Shown here piece after piece: positions 1 to 7,408 of a stretch of DNA of 64,000 nt. A model generated the notes under the pieces. The model was given only the letters and a program-made list of their open reading frames with translations. It did not search any database and had not been told where the DNA came from. A program made the translations under genes and the position numbers. Origin of the DNA: an uncultured delta proteobacterium (GTDB lineage: Bacteria; Myxococcota_A; Polyangia; Polyangiales; Polyangiaceae). The stretch lies in NCBI GenBank assembly GCA_963782055.1, contig CAWAIF010000002.1, forward strand, positions 192,001 to 256,000, in the 5' to 3' direction. Position 1 is the first letter of the stretch, and the number at the start of each line of letters is the position of its first letter.

Positions 1-351
1 CCGCGCGAGCAGGAGGTCCGCCGCGTCGCGGAGCAGCATCGCGAGCGAGGTGTCCAGCACGTCGCTGGACGTCATGCCGCGGTGGAGCCATCGCGCCTCG
101 ATGCCCGCCTTCTCCTCCACGTGTGTGAGGAAGGCGATGACGTCGTGCTTCGTCGTCCGCTCGATGGTCTCGATGCGCTCGGGGTCGAGCGCGACGTTCT
201 GCGAGAGGATGCGCGCGGCCGTGCCGGCGGGCACGAGCCCTTCCTCCTCCATCGCCTCGCACGCGGCGAGCTCCACCTCCAGCCACGTGCGAAACCTCCG
301 CTCGGGAGACCAGAGGTCGGCAAACTCGCGAGGCGTGTAGCGTGGGATCAT
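1..351 (-). CDS. purB: adenylosuccinate lyase, N-terminal part (runs off window start)
   Basis: Minus strand from ATG at 351 reads [33 protein letters not shown]...HDVIAF...[12 protein letters not shown], the typical PurB N-terminus. Not in the ORF track because the stop lies outside the window. Confidence 0.92.
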   Translation of the reverse strand, partial: MIPRYTPREFADLWSPERRFRTWLEVELAACEAMEEEGLVPAGTAARILSQNVALDPERIETIERTTKHDVIAFLTHVEEKAGIEARWLHRGMTSSDVLDTSLAMLLRDAADLLLAR

Positions 352-736
352 GCTCACGCGGTTACCACAGACGCAGGCCGCGGAGCCCGCCGAACGCGAG
401 GCGGAGCCCTCCCGCGTACAAATTAGGCATGGCTGCAACGCGCCTGCAAGATGCCGGAATTGTTGCGCAAATATCGCGCGGCCCCGACCGAGCTTCGCGC
501 ATGGCTATTGACGGTCCGCGCGCCGGATGGTCTACCCGCAATCCAGCGGGGCGGAGGCATCTCGACCCTCCTCGCGCGCAGCGCGGGCCGGAGCCCATCG
601 CCTTACCCTTTCTTTACCTAGGCTCTTGACTCTGAGGTGGGTAGCTCTGGCTCACAAAGCACGTATAGAGCGGCGCGCTGGCCTTCGTCTGCGGGACCCA
701 CGCGCCTTTCTCACATCCACGAGGAGACATCGACAA

Positions 737-946
737 ATGAAAAGAGTTCTTGGTTTGGCACTCGCGCTCGCCACGGCGGCTCCCGCCCTGGGCTGCGCTT
801 ACGGCGACATCGCCACCACCCAGGACGGCACCAAGGTCGTCATTACGCGTCAGGACAGCTTCCTCTTCGGAGCTCTGCGCAAGGTGTTCGTGTGCAAGGT
901 GACCGATGCGGGCGTTGCGGCCTGCAACGAGTCCGAGAGCCCGTGA
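737..946 (+). CDS. small 69-aa lipoprotein (paralogue 1)
   Basis: GAGGAG upstream; MKRVLGLALALATAAPALG-C lipobox; mature part nearly identical to the next ORF. Confidence 0.85.
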   Translation: MKRVLGLALALATAAPALGCAYGDIATTQDGTKVVITRQDSFLFGALRKVFVCKVTDAGVAACNESESP

Positions 947-990
947 CGCGGGTCTGACTTCCAAAGTTTGCTTTCCAAGGAGATTTTTCG

Positions 991-1200
991 ATGAAGAAGA
1001 TGACTGCTCTTGTGCTCGCCATCGCGACGCTGGCCCCGCTTGCGGGCGGCTGCGCGTACGGCGCCATTGCCACCGCGGGTAACGACAAGGTCGTGATCAC
1101 CCGCCAGGACAGCTTCCTGTTCGGCGCCCTCCGCAAGGTGTTCGTGTGCAAGGTGACGGACGCGGGCGCTGCCGCCTGCCAGTCGTCCGAGAGTCCCTGA
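991..1200 (+). CDS. small 69-aa lipoprotein (paralogue 2)
   Basis: AAGGAG SD; MKKMTALVLAIATLAPLAGG-C lipobox; shares KVVITRQDSFLFGALRKVFVCKVTDAG with paralogue 1. Confidence 0.88.
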   Translation: MKKMTALVLAIATLAPLAGGCAYGAIATAGNDKVVITRQDSFLFGALRKVFVCKVTDAGAAACQSSESP

Positions 1201-1222
1201 GATTCGTCTCGGAGGAAACCCC

Positions 1223-1268
1223 ATCGCTTCGCGGATGCCGCAACCCGGCTCCGCGAGGCGATTTTTTT
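1223..1268 (+). terminator. probable intrinsic terminator
   Basis: ATCGCTTCGCGGA...TCCGCGAGGCGAT stem followed by a T-run, just after the lipoprotein pair. Confidence 0.75.
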
Positions 1269-1279
1269 AGGAGGCACGA

Positions 1280-1738
1280 GTGAAGGCAAAGGTGCTGGCC
1301 GCGCACGCCCTCCTGGCGGCGAGCGCGCTCGCAGGCTGCCACACGTCGTCGTCGTCGTCGGAGAAGAAGCCCCCCGCGGCCGTCGAGTACGGCGCGCCCG
1401 TCGGCATCCAGTTCGGCGGCTCCGGAGGCCTCCCTGTCTTGCTCGCGGCCGCGGCGGCTCCCAAGAGCGAGCCCGCGCTCGACGACGCCGTCGTCCCCGA
1501 TCTCGCCACGGCGCTCTACGCCGCCGCCACGCACTGCCCGGACCTCATGACCGTCGTCGGCAACGGTGACGCTGTCTCGGTGCGCTTCGGGGTGGCGGGC
1601 GAGGTGCTCAAGAGCGGCGCAGAGGGCGACGACCCCGTCGGCAAGTGCATGGCGCAGGCCATGGATGGCAAGCACGTGAAGGGCCTGCACGGCAGCAGCG
1701 TGCTCATCCAGGTGATGGCGCAGCAGAAGAAACCATGA
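1280..1738 (+). CDS. lipoprotein of unknown function
   Basis: AGGAGG SD, GTG start, LAG-C lipobox, GC3-rich codons. Confidence 0.8.
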   Translation: MKAKVLAAHALLAASALAGCHTSSSSSEKKPPAAVEYGAPVGIQFGGSGGLPVLLAAAAAPKSEPALDDAVVPDLATALYAAATHCPDLMTVVGNGDAVSVRFGVAGEVLKSGAEGDDPVGKCMAQAMDGKHVKGLHGSSVLIQVMAQQKKP

Positions 1739-2484
1739 GCGTTCGCGCCGCCGGCGTCGTCCTCGCCTTCGTCCTCTTGCCCGCGGTCGCCCTGGCAGCC
1801 GACCCGGTCGCGCTGGACGCCGGCGTGGCCGCGGCGAACCCGCCGGCGCTCGACGCCGGCGCCGCCCCCGATCTCGACGCGGCTCCCGCGAGCGACGCGG
1901 CCCCGACCGACAGCGACGCGGGGGCTCCCACCGCCGCGACGGCAGCGCCGGCGGCGACGGCCGTGATGGCCGCGGATGCCGGCGTCGCCGCCCCCGCCGC
2001 GGACGCCGGCGCGCCCGCCGCCCCGCCGCCACCCATCGTCAAGGCGCCCCCGCCGCAGGGGCAGAGCGTCAACGCCTTCTACAAGGCCAACACCTGGGAC
2101 CTGAACGTGGAGGGCGCGTTCGGCTACTCCGCCGCAGGTCCGGGCCACATCATGGGCATGGGACGCGTGCGCGCAGGCGTGATGCTGGCGCGCTGGCCGA
2201 CCTTCCTGATGTTCGGCGCGACGTACGAGATCAGCAACCTCTCGCTGGCGACCTTCGGCCTGCAGGCGGAGCTGATGAGCCTCGCCGTCGGCTTCTGGGG
2301 ACAGGTGGGCGCGATGATCGACACCAGCGCGCACGTGGGCGGCATGGTCTCGGTGGGCTGGAGCATCCTCGGCGTGGAGGGCCAGTACCGGGGCTTCGAC
2401 GACGACGGCTACGGCTTCGTCGTCCTCGGCAAGATCCGCATCCCGATCGGCTTCATCGCCTACGCCTTCTCCAAGTCGAAGTGA
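1735..2484 (+). CDS. secreted protein: Ala/Pro-rich N-terminal linker plus putative small outer-membrane beta-barrel
   Basis: ATGA overlap with the upstream stop; signal peptide (VALA/ADP); C-terminal half shows alternating hydrophobic beta-strand patterns with aromatic residues. Confidence 0.65.
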   Translation: MSVRAAGVVLAFVLLPAVALAADPVALDAGVAAANPPALDAGAAPDLDAAPASDAAPTDSDAGAPTAATAAPAATAVMAADAGVAAPAADAGAPAAPPPPIVKAPPPQGQSVNAFYKANTWDLNVEGAFGYSAAGPGHIMGMGRVRAGVMLARWPTFLMFGATYEISNLSLATFGLQAELMSLAVGFWGQVGAMIDTSAHVGGMVSVGWSILGVEGQYRGFDDDGYGFVVLGKIRIPIGFIAYAFSKSK

Positions 2485-2500
2485 CGGCGGGGCCGAGCGC

Positions 2501-2540
2501 CGCCCGCCCGATCGTCCGCGTGCTCGCGATCGGACGGGCG
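2501..2540 (-). terminator. GC-rich hairpin between convergent genes
   Basis: CGCCCGCCCGATCG (2501-2514) pairs with CGATCGGACGGGCG (2527-2540); the single mismatch becomes a U-G wobble on the minus-strand RNA. No T-run. Confidence 0.5.
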
Positions 2541-2563
2541 CTCCTGCGGCGGCGGGCGCCGGC

Positions 2564-2641
2564 TCAGGCGGACGTGCGGTGGGCGATGAACGCCATCACG
2601 TAGATGGCGAAGACGATGGCCAGGGTCTCGGTGGGGCTCAT
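2564..2641 (-). CDS. 25-aa hydrophobic small protein MSPTETLAIVFAIYVMAFIAHRTSA
   Basis: AGGAGGT SD 5 nt before ATG; every sense codon ends in G/C; one TM-like stretch. Below the ORF-track size cutoff. Confidence 0.7.
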   Translation of the reverse strand: MSPTETLAIVFAIYVMAFIAHRTSA

Positions 2642-2735
2642 GGGCCACCTCCTGTGTCTGCGGTTCGTGTGCAGACTGCACGTATCGCGTGGCGAACAAG
2701 GAGGCGCCGCGTGAACTCGACGTGACGAACCGCCG

Positions 2736-3656
2736 TCAGGCCCCGCGGAGCACCCGGTCGTGCCAGAGCAGCATCTCGTACGCCCCCGGCCCGCGGTTGA
2801 AGGGGTAGTCGTGGGGGCCAGGCAGCTCGGCGAAGTCGTGCGCGATGCCCGCCTCGGTCCACGCGTGATCCAGCTTGTTCACCACGCGCCGGTAGTAGTC
2901 CTCGTGGCTGGTGGTCAGGCGCAGGGCGAGATCTTTGCGACGTGCGCGCGCCGCGCGGCAGAGATCGGTCAGCTCGCGCACCCGCTCGTCGCCGATGGCC
3001 GGCTGCAGCGCGCCGACGGCGCCGAAGGTCTCCGGCATGGCCAGGCCGGCGCGCAGGGCGATCGCCCCACCGAGAGAGACGCCGTCGATGCCCGTCGACT
3101 CGGGGGCGGCGAGCGCGGGCGTCTCCTTGCGCACCCGCGGCAGGAGCACCTCGGCGAGGAAGCGGCCGTAGCCGAGCACATCCTCGTCCTTCTCGAGATC
3201 GAGGTCCGGCACGTACGGGCACGCGACGATGAGCCCGCGCAGCGGCCGGGAGGCGAGGGAGCGGTTCACCTCGGCGAGGTGGTCAGGCTCGACGAAGCCC
3301 TCGAAATCGTCCGCCGTGAGCGGGGGCGCACATGCGCGGGAGATGGCGCGGCGCAGCGCGTAGTCGCGCGGCCAGCCGAGGGCGCCCTCCTCCGGGTCCT
3401 TGAGCGCCTCGCCGCGGCCGTGCAGCGCGACGAGCACCGGGAAGCGCGCCGACGGGCTCCACGCGGGGACGATGACCGCGGCGCGCGTGGAGACGCCCTG
3501 CAGCGACCACTCCAGCAGCTGCGTCGTGCCGCGCTCCGGGACCGGGAAGGGGGCGGGCTCCGGCGGCGGGGCGGAGGCCGCGGCGGCGTGCGTCTCGCGG
3601 CGCGAGCACGCGAGCAGCGACGCGAGCCCGGCGAGCAAGCCTCGCCGGGAGAGCAT
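2736..3656 (-). CDS. alpha/beta-hydrolase esterase, probable Tat lipoprotein
   Basis: SRRGLL Tat motif plus LLA-C; LHGRG oxyanion motif, GVSLGG nucleophile elbow, PGPHD catalytic His. Confidence 0.85.
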   Translation of the reverse strand: MLSRRGLLAGLASLLACSRRETHAAAASAPPPEPAPFPVPERGTTQLLEWSLQGVSTRAAVIVPAWSPSARFPVLVALHGRGEALKDPEEGALGWPRDYALRRAISRACAPPLTADDFEGFVEPDHLAEVNRSLASRPLRGLIVACPYVPDLDLEKDEDVLGYGRFLAEVLLPRVRKETPALAAPESTGIDGVSLGGAIALRAGLAMPETFGAVGALQPAIGDERVRELTDLCRAARARRKDLALRLTTSHEDYYRRVVNKLDHAWTEAGIAHDFAELPGPHDYPFNRGPGAYEMLLWHDRVLRGA

Positions 3657-4051
3657 CAGCCGTCGTCGTCCGGGATGCGAGGCGCCTCCCCGGTGGCCTG
3701 CTTCACCAGATCGGCGAGCGTCGGGTCCGTCGCCATGCGATCGCGCAGCAGCGTGCGGATGTCGTCGAGCTGCGCGGGTGTGACGCCGCGCAGGTGGACG
3801 GTGGCCTCCTGCACCTTCTGGTCGAGGTAGCCGTCCATGTCGATCTTCCCCGCCTTGAGCTGCTCGAGCGGGGAGGCGCCGGCGGCGTGCACCTGACCGG
3901 CCTGCGCGGCGGACGAGGCGTGCTCGGCCGCGGGCTTGGCGCCGGGCTTCTCCGCCTCGAAGGGGCGGCCCGTCTTCTGCGCGCCGGAGGCGCCGGGGGT
4001 CGCCCCCGGAGGGGGCGCCGAGCCACCTTTGCCGATGCGATCGATGCCCAT
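3656..4051 (-). CDS. hypothetical protein (disordered N-terminus, helical C-terminus)
   Basis: Codon bias supports coding; stop overlaps the esterase start. Start at MGIDRIGKGG (4051) or 4069. Confidence 0.7.
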   Translation of the reverse strand: MGIDRIGKGGSAPPPGATPGASGAQKTGRPFEAEKPGAKPAAEHASSAAQAGQVHAAGASPLEQLKAGKIDMDGYLDQKVQEATVHLRGVTPAQLDDIRTLLRDRMATDPTLADLVKQATGEAPRIPDDDG

Positions 4052-4117
4052 GCGAAACCTTTCTACCACAGCGGCCGCGGGCGCGCCGCGGCTGTCGAAG
4101 GCGCGGCGCGCCGGCCC

Positions 4118-4621
4118 TCAGCGGATGTTGCCGATCGCGTTCTTCACGGTGTCGTGCTCGGCCTTCATCACGTTGGAGAGCGTCGTGAAGGTGCGGTTCT
4201 GGGCGTCCACCTGCTGCTGGATCTGCAGGTAGTAGAGGTTCATCTCCTGCGCCTGCTGGAGCGAGCCCTGGATGCCGCCATCAGCGCCGGTGCCGGTCGC
4301 GCCGCCCGCGGCCGACCCGCCGCCGTCGAGGCCGGAGGCCATCGGGCCCTCGGGCGCCGATGCGCCGGCCCCCATGTTGCCTGCGCCGCTCATCGTCTGC
4401 GTCGGCCCGCCGATGAACCCGCTGGCGCCGCCGCGCAGGGCGGTCGCCACGAGCGGGCCGCCCGGCAGGACGTTCATCGCCGCCTCGGCCCCGGCGACGA
4501 GGGTCTGCGCGCCACGGGCGAGCACCTCGCCGAAGTTGACGCGGATGGGCTTGGGTGTGGGCCGCGGCGCGCTCTGCACGCCGACGACGTCCGGCCGAAA
4601 GGGGGGAATGCGGTTGTCCAT
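4118..4621 (-). CDS. 167-aa Gly-rich protein with T3SS needle (SctF)-like C-terminal helix
   Basis: GAGGA SD before ATG 4621; ends ...LQIQQQVDAQNRTFTTLSNVMKAEHDTVKNAIGNIR, in register with the PrgI C-terminal pattern SNxxKxxxDxxxxxIxNxR. Confidence 0.6.
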   Translation of the reverse strand: MDNRIPPFRPDVVGVQSAPRPTPKPIRVNFGEVLARGAQTLVAGAEAAMNVLPGGPLVATALRGGASGFIGGPTQTMSGAGNMGAGASAPEGPMASGLDGGGSAAGGATGTGADGGIQGSLQQAQEMNLYYLQIQQQVDAQNRTFTTLSNVMKAEHDTVKNAIGNIR

Positions 4622-4720
4622 GGGTTCCTCGCTTGGGCCCGACGGGTGACGGGCCGTTCGTGGTCCCTTCGGCCCCGTGTTTGGGGAGGTTTCGCGAAAA
4701 AGCGGTATTGTGGAGGCCTC

Positions 4721-6577
4721 ATGGCGGAGCGCACACCCGACTACCAGCCCGGGCAGATGATCCCCGGCACGGTCTACCGGGTGCACCGCGTGCTCGGCGC
4801 GGGGGGCATGGGGACCGTCTACGACGTCGAGGACACGACCATCGGCAAGCGCTACGTCCTCAAGACCCTGCACGGCGACCTCGCCGACCGGGCCGACCTC
4901 GCCGCGCGCCTGGCGCGGGAGGCGCGGGCGCTGGCCAAGCTGCAGCACCCCAACATCGTGGAGGTGTACACCTCCGGCACGACGCAGGACACGCTGCGCC
5001 TGCCCTATTACGTGATGGAGCGGCTGCAGGGGCAGAGCCTGCGCGTCGCGCTGGAGCGCAAGGGGCGGCTGACGCTGGAGCAGTCGTACGACATCGCCAT
5101 CGACCTGCTCGACGCGCTGGACCACGCGCACGAGTTCGGCATCGTGCACCGCGACGTGAAGCCGGACAACCTCTTCATCACCCGCGGGCGGGACGGGCGC
5201 GCGCTCGCGAAGCTGCTGGACTTCGGCATCATCAAGCTGGCCACGGGCAGCACGCAGCACACCGGCGGGCGGTTCATCGGGACCTTCCGCTACGCGCCGC
5301 CGGAGCAGATCCTCGGCCGGGACGTGACCGCGCAGAGCGACCTCTACGCCGCCGGCCTGGTGCTCTACGAGATGCTCGCCGGACGCGGGCCGTTCGACGA
5401 CTTCGCCGGGGAGGTGGAGATCGGCAAGGCGCACATCGACGTGCAGCCGCCGCCGCTATCGCGCTTCGTGCAGGTGCCGCCGGAGGTGGAGCGCCTCGTC
5501 GCGTCGTCGCTCGACAAGAAGCCGGAGAACCGGCCGAAGGACGCGTTCTCCTTCGCGTCCGCCCTGCGCGAGCTGAAGAAGCAGCTCGCGTCGCGGGTGA
5601 AGGACGTGGGCGCCCAGGCGACGGTGGAGCAGGTCGTCACGCAGACGCCCGCGTCGTCCGCGCAGCCGCCGCGGCCGATGGTCACGTCGGGGACGCTCGG
5701 GCGCACCGGGACGATGCGCATGGACGTCGTCCCGCTCTCCGGTCCGGACACCCGGCTGGAGTCGCCCGCGGCGATCCACGCGGCCACCTCGCCCGGGCCG
5801 CCGGTGAGCGGGCCGGCGTCGCCTCGCCTGGCGCACACCGCGGACTACGGCACGCCGCTCCCTCCCGGCGCCACCGTGGCGGAGGCGCCGCAGACGATGA
5901 CCCACGCGCCCGCCTCGGCGCAGCCCTTCGTGCTGGGCCACGGGCCCGGCGTCGACCGCAACGCCGAGACGCGCGCGTCGGCGCCGCTGCCGGCATCGAT
6001 GCAGCGGCCCAGCAGCGACACCGCGGCGATCCCGCTGGTCTCGGCGCGCTCGCCGTCGCCGTCGTCGCCGCCGGAGTATCAGGCGCCGGTGCAGCAGGCG
6101 GAGACCTTCGGCGCACAGACGACCGACGCCCCCGCCCGGCGTCGCGGCGCGAGCGGCGGTCTCGTCGCCGCGCTGATCGGGGTGCTGGTGCTCGTCGGGG
6201 CGGGGATCACCGGGCTGGTCGTGTGGAAGCACTCGCGGACGGAGGAGACCTCGCCGGGCGACACGGCGAGCGTGACCAGCGTGGAGACGCCCCCCGCATC
6301 CAGCGCGTCGGCCGCACCCGTGGAGGCGACGGCGTCGGCCGCATCCGTGGAGGCGACGGCATCGGCGGCGGAGAGCGCCACGCCCGCGTTGCTCCCGGCG
6401 GCGCACGGCGCGTCACCCGCCTCCGCGGCGCCGCACGCCACGGCCGCGCCGGCCGTCAAGCATCCCGTCACGCCGCCGCCGGTGGCGACGTCGCACGCGC
6501 ACCCGCACGCCACCGCCACGTCAACGGGAGGCGGTGCGCCGACGGCGACCGTCCACCGGCCCGGGTCGGGCCTGTGA
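4721..6577 (+). CDS. Hanks-type Ser/Thr protein kinase with one TM and Pro/Ala/Ser-rich tail
   Basis: GAGGMG, VLK, HRDVKPDN, DFG, PPE, DLY motifs; GGAGG SD. Confidence 0.93.
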   Translation: MAERTPDYQPGQMIPGTVYRVHRVLGAGGMGTVYDVEDTTIGKRYVLKTLHGDLADRADLAARLAREARALAKLQHPNIVEVYTSGTTQDTLRLPYYVMERLQGQSLRVALERKGRLTLEQSYDIAIDLLDALDHAHEFGIVHRDVKPDNLFITRGRDGRALAKLLDFGIIKLATGSTQHTGGRFIGTFRYAPPEQILGRDVTAQSDLYAAGLVLYEMLAGRGPFDDFAGEVEIGKAHIDVQPPPLSRFVQVPPEVERLVASSLDKKPENRPKDAFSFASALRELKKQLASRVKDVGAQATVEQVVTQTPASSAQPPRPMVTSGTLGRTGTMRMDVVPLSGPDTRLESPAAIHAATSPGPPVSGPASPRLAHTADYGTPLPPGATVAEAPQTMTHAPASAQPFVLGHGPGVDRNAETRASAPLPASMQRPSSDTAAIPLVSARSPSPSSPPEYQAPVQQAETFGAQTTDAPARRRGASGGLVAALIGVLVLVGAGITGLVVWKHSRTEETSPGDTASVTSVETPPASSASAAPVEATASAASVEATASAAESATPALLPAAHGASPASAAPHATAAPAVKHPVTPPPVATSHAHPHATATSTGGGAPTATVHRPGSGL

Positions 6578-7408
6578 GGGGCGCATCTCCTTGAGGTAGG
6601 CGTCGACCTTCTCGCGCCGGCGCCACGTCACGGCGGCCACCGCGCGGGCCCTGAGGTCCGGCCCCAGGCTGCGCGCGCGCGCGAGGGTGGCGCGCGCCAC
6701 GTCCATGTCGTGGATCTCGCCGAGGCGCTTCTGGAAGCGTGCGGCAGGCGCCGCCATCGCCGCGACGTCGGAGGGGAGGGCGTCGCCCAGCAGCTCGGTC
6801 GTGTAGCGCAGGCCCTTGTAGGCGATGCGCAGCTGATGGAGGCCGGCGACATCGTCGGTCTCCACGTCGCGCCGCTTCTCCACCTCCCGGCGGGCGCGCT
6901 CGGCGGCGCGGCGGGCGAAATCGGCGAGGGGCACGCGGCGCCTGGGCGGCACCGGCAGGGCGATCATCGCGCGGAGCAGGCGCAGGGCGCGGCGCAGGAT
7001 GCCCGTGCGCAGGCGCTGGAGCATCGCCCGGCGCAGCACCTCCTCCCGGGCGGCGCGGCGCCGCACCCACTCGCCGAAGGCGGGGTCGGCGATGTGCAGG
7101 GTGCCGAAGGTCTCGCGCAGCACCTCCTCGTCCCGCAGCGCGCCGCTGGCGCGGTGCACGTGCGTGAGCAGGGCGCGCACGGCATCGGCGTGGAAGCGGC
7201 CGTAGACGGGGCGCGCGAGCTTGAGCAGGACGCGCATGCGGCGGATGACGACGCGCATGTCGTGGATGGCCTCGTCGTCGTCGCTCGTCATCACGCGGGG
7301 GAGCGTCGCCTCCAGCTCGAGGGCGAGACGGCGGAAGCGCGCGGCGAGGAAGGGGCCCGTCGCCGCGGCCCGGACCGGACGCGGGCGAGGTGCCACGCGG
7401 GGGCTCAC
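6521..7408 (-). CDS. CHAD domain protein
   Basis: EAIHDMRVVIRRMR, ALRDEEV, LHQLRIAYKGLRY, LGEIHDMDV; GTG start overlaps the rnj stop (GTGA). Confidence 0.85.
   Translation of the reverse strand: MSPRVAPRPRPVRAAATGPFLAARFRRLALELEATLPRVMTSDDDEAIHDMRVVIRRMRVLLKLARPVYGRFHADAVRALLTHVHRASGALRDEEVLRETFGTLHIADPAFGEWVRRRAAREEVLRRAMLQRLRTGILRRALRLLRAMIALPVPPRRRVPLADFARRAAERARREVEKRRDVETDDVAGLHQLRIAYKGLRYTTELLGDALPSDVAAMAAPAARFQKRLGEIHDMDVARATLARARSLGPDLRARAVAAVTWRRREKVDAYLKEMRPSQARPGPVDGRRRRTASR

Noticed and set aside
352..736. Long intergenic region as a riboswitch, ncRNA or sigma54 promoter
   Set aside because: No recognisable RNA motif; the TGGCTCACAAAGC element has wrong GG-GC spacing. It may still hold regulatory sites I cannot identify.
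3794..4720. N-terminal 309 aa of the 927-aa ORF 3794..6577
   Set aside because: It is the antisense shadow of two minus-strand genes; the kinase starts at ATG 4721 after a GGAGG SD.
6318..6370. Tandem VEATASAA-coding repeat
   Set aside because: Low-complexity linker in the kinase tail.
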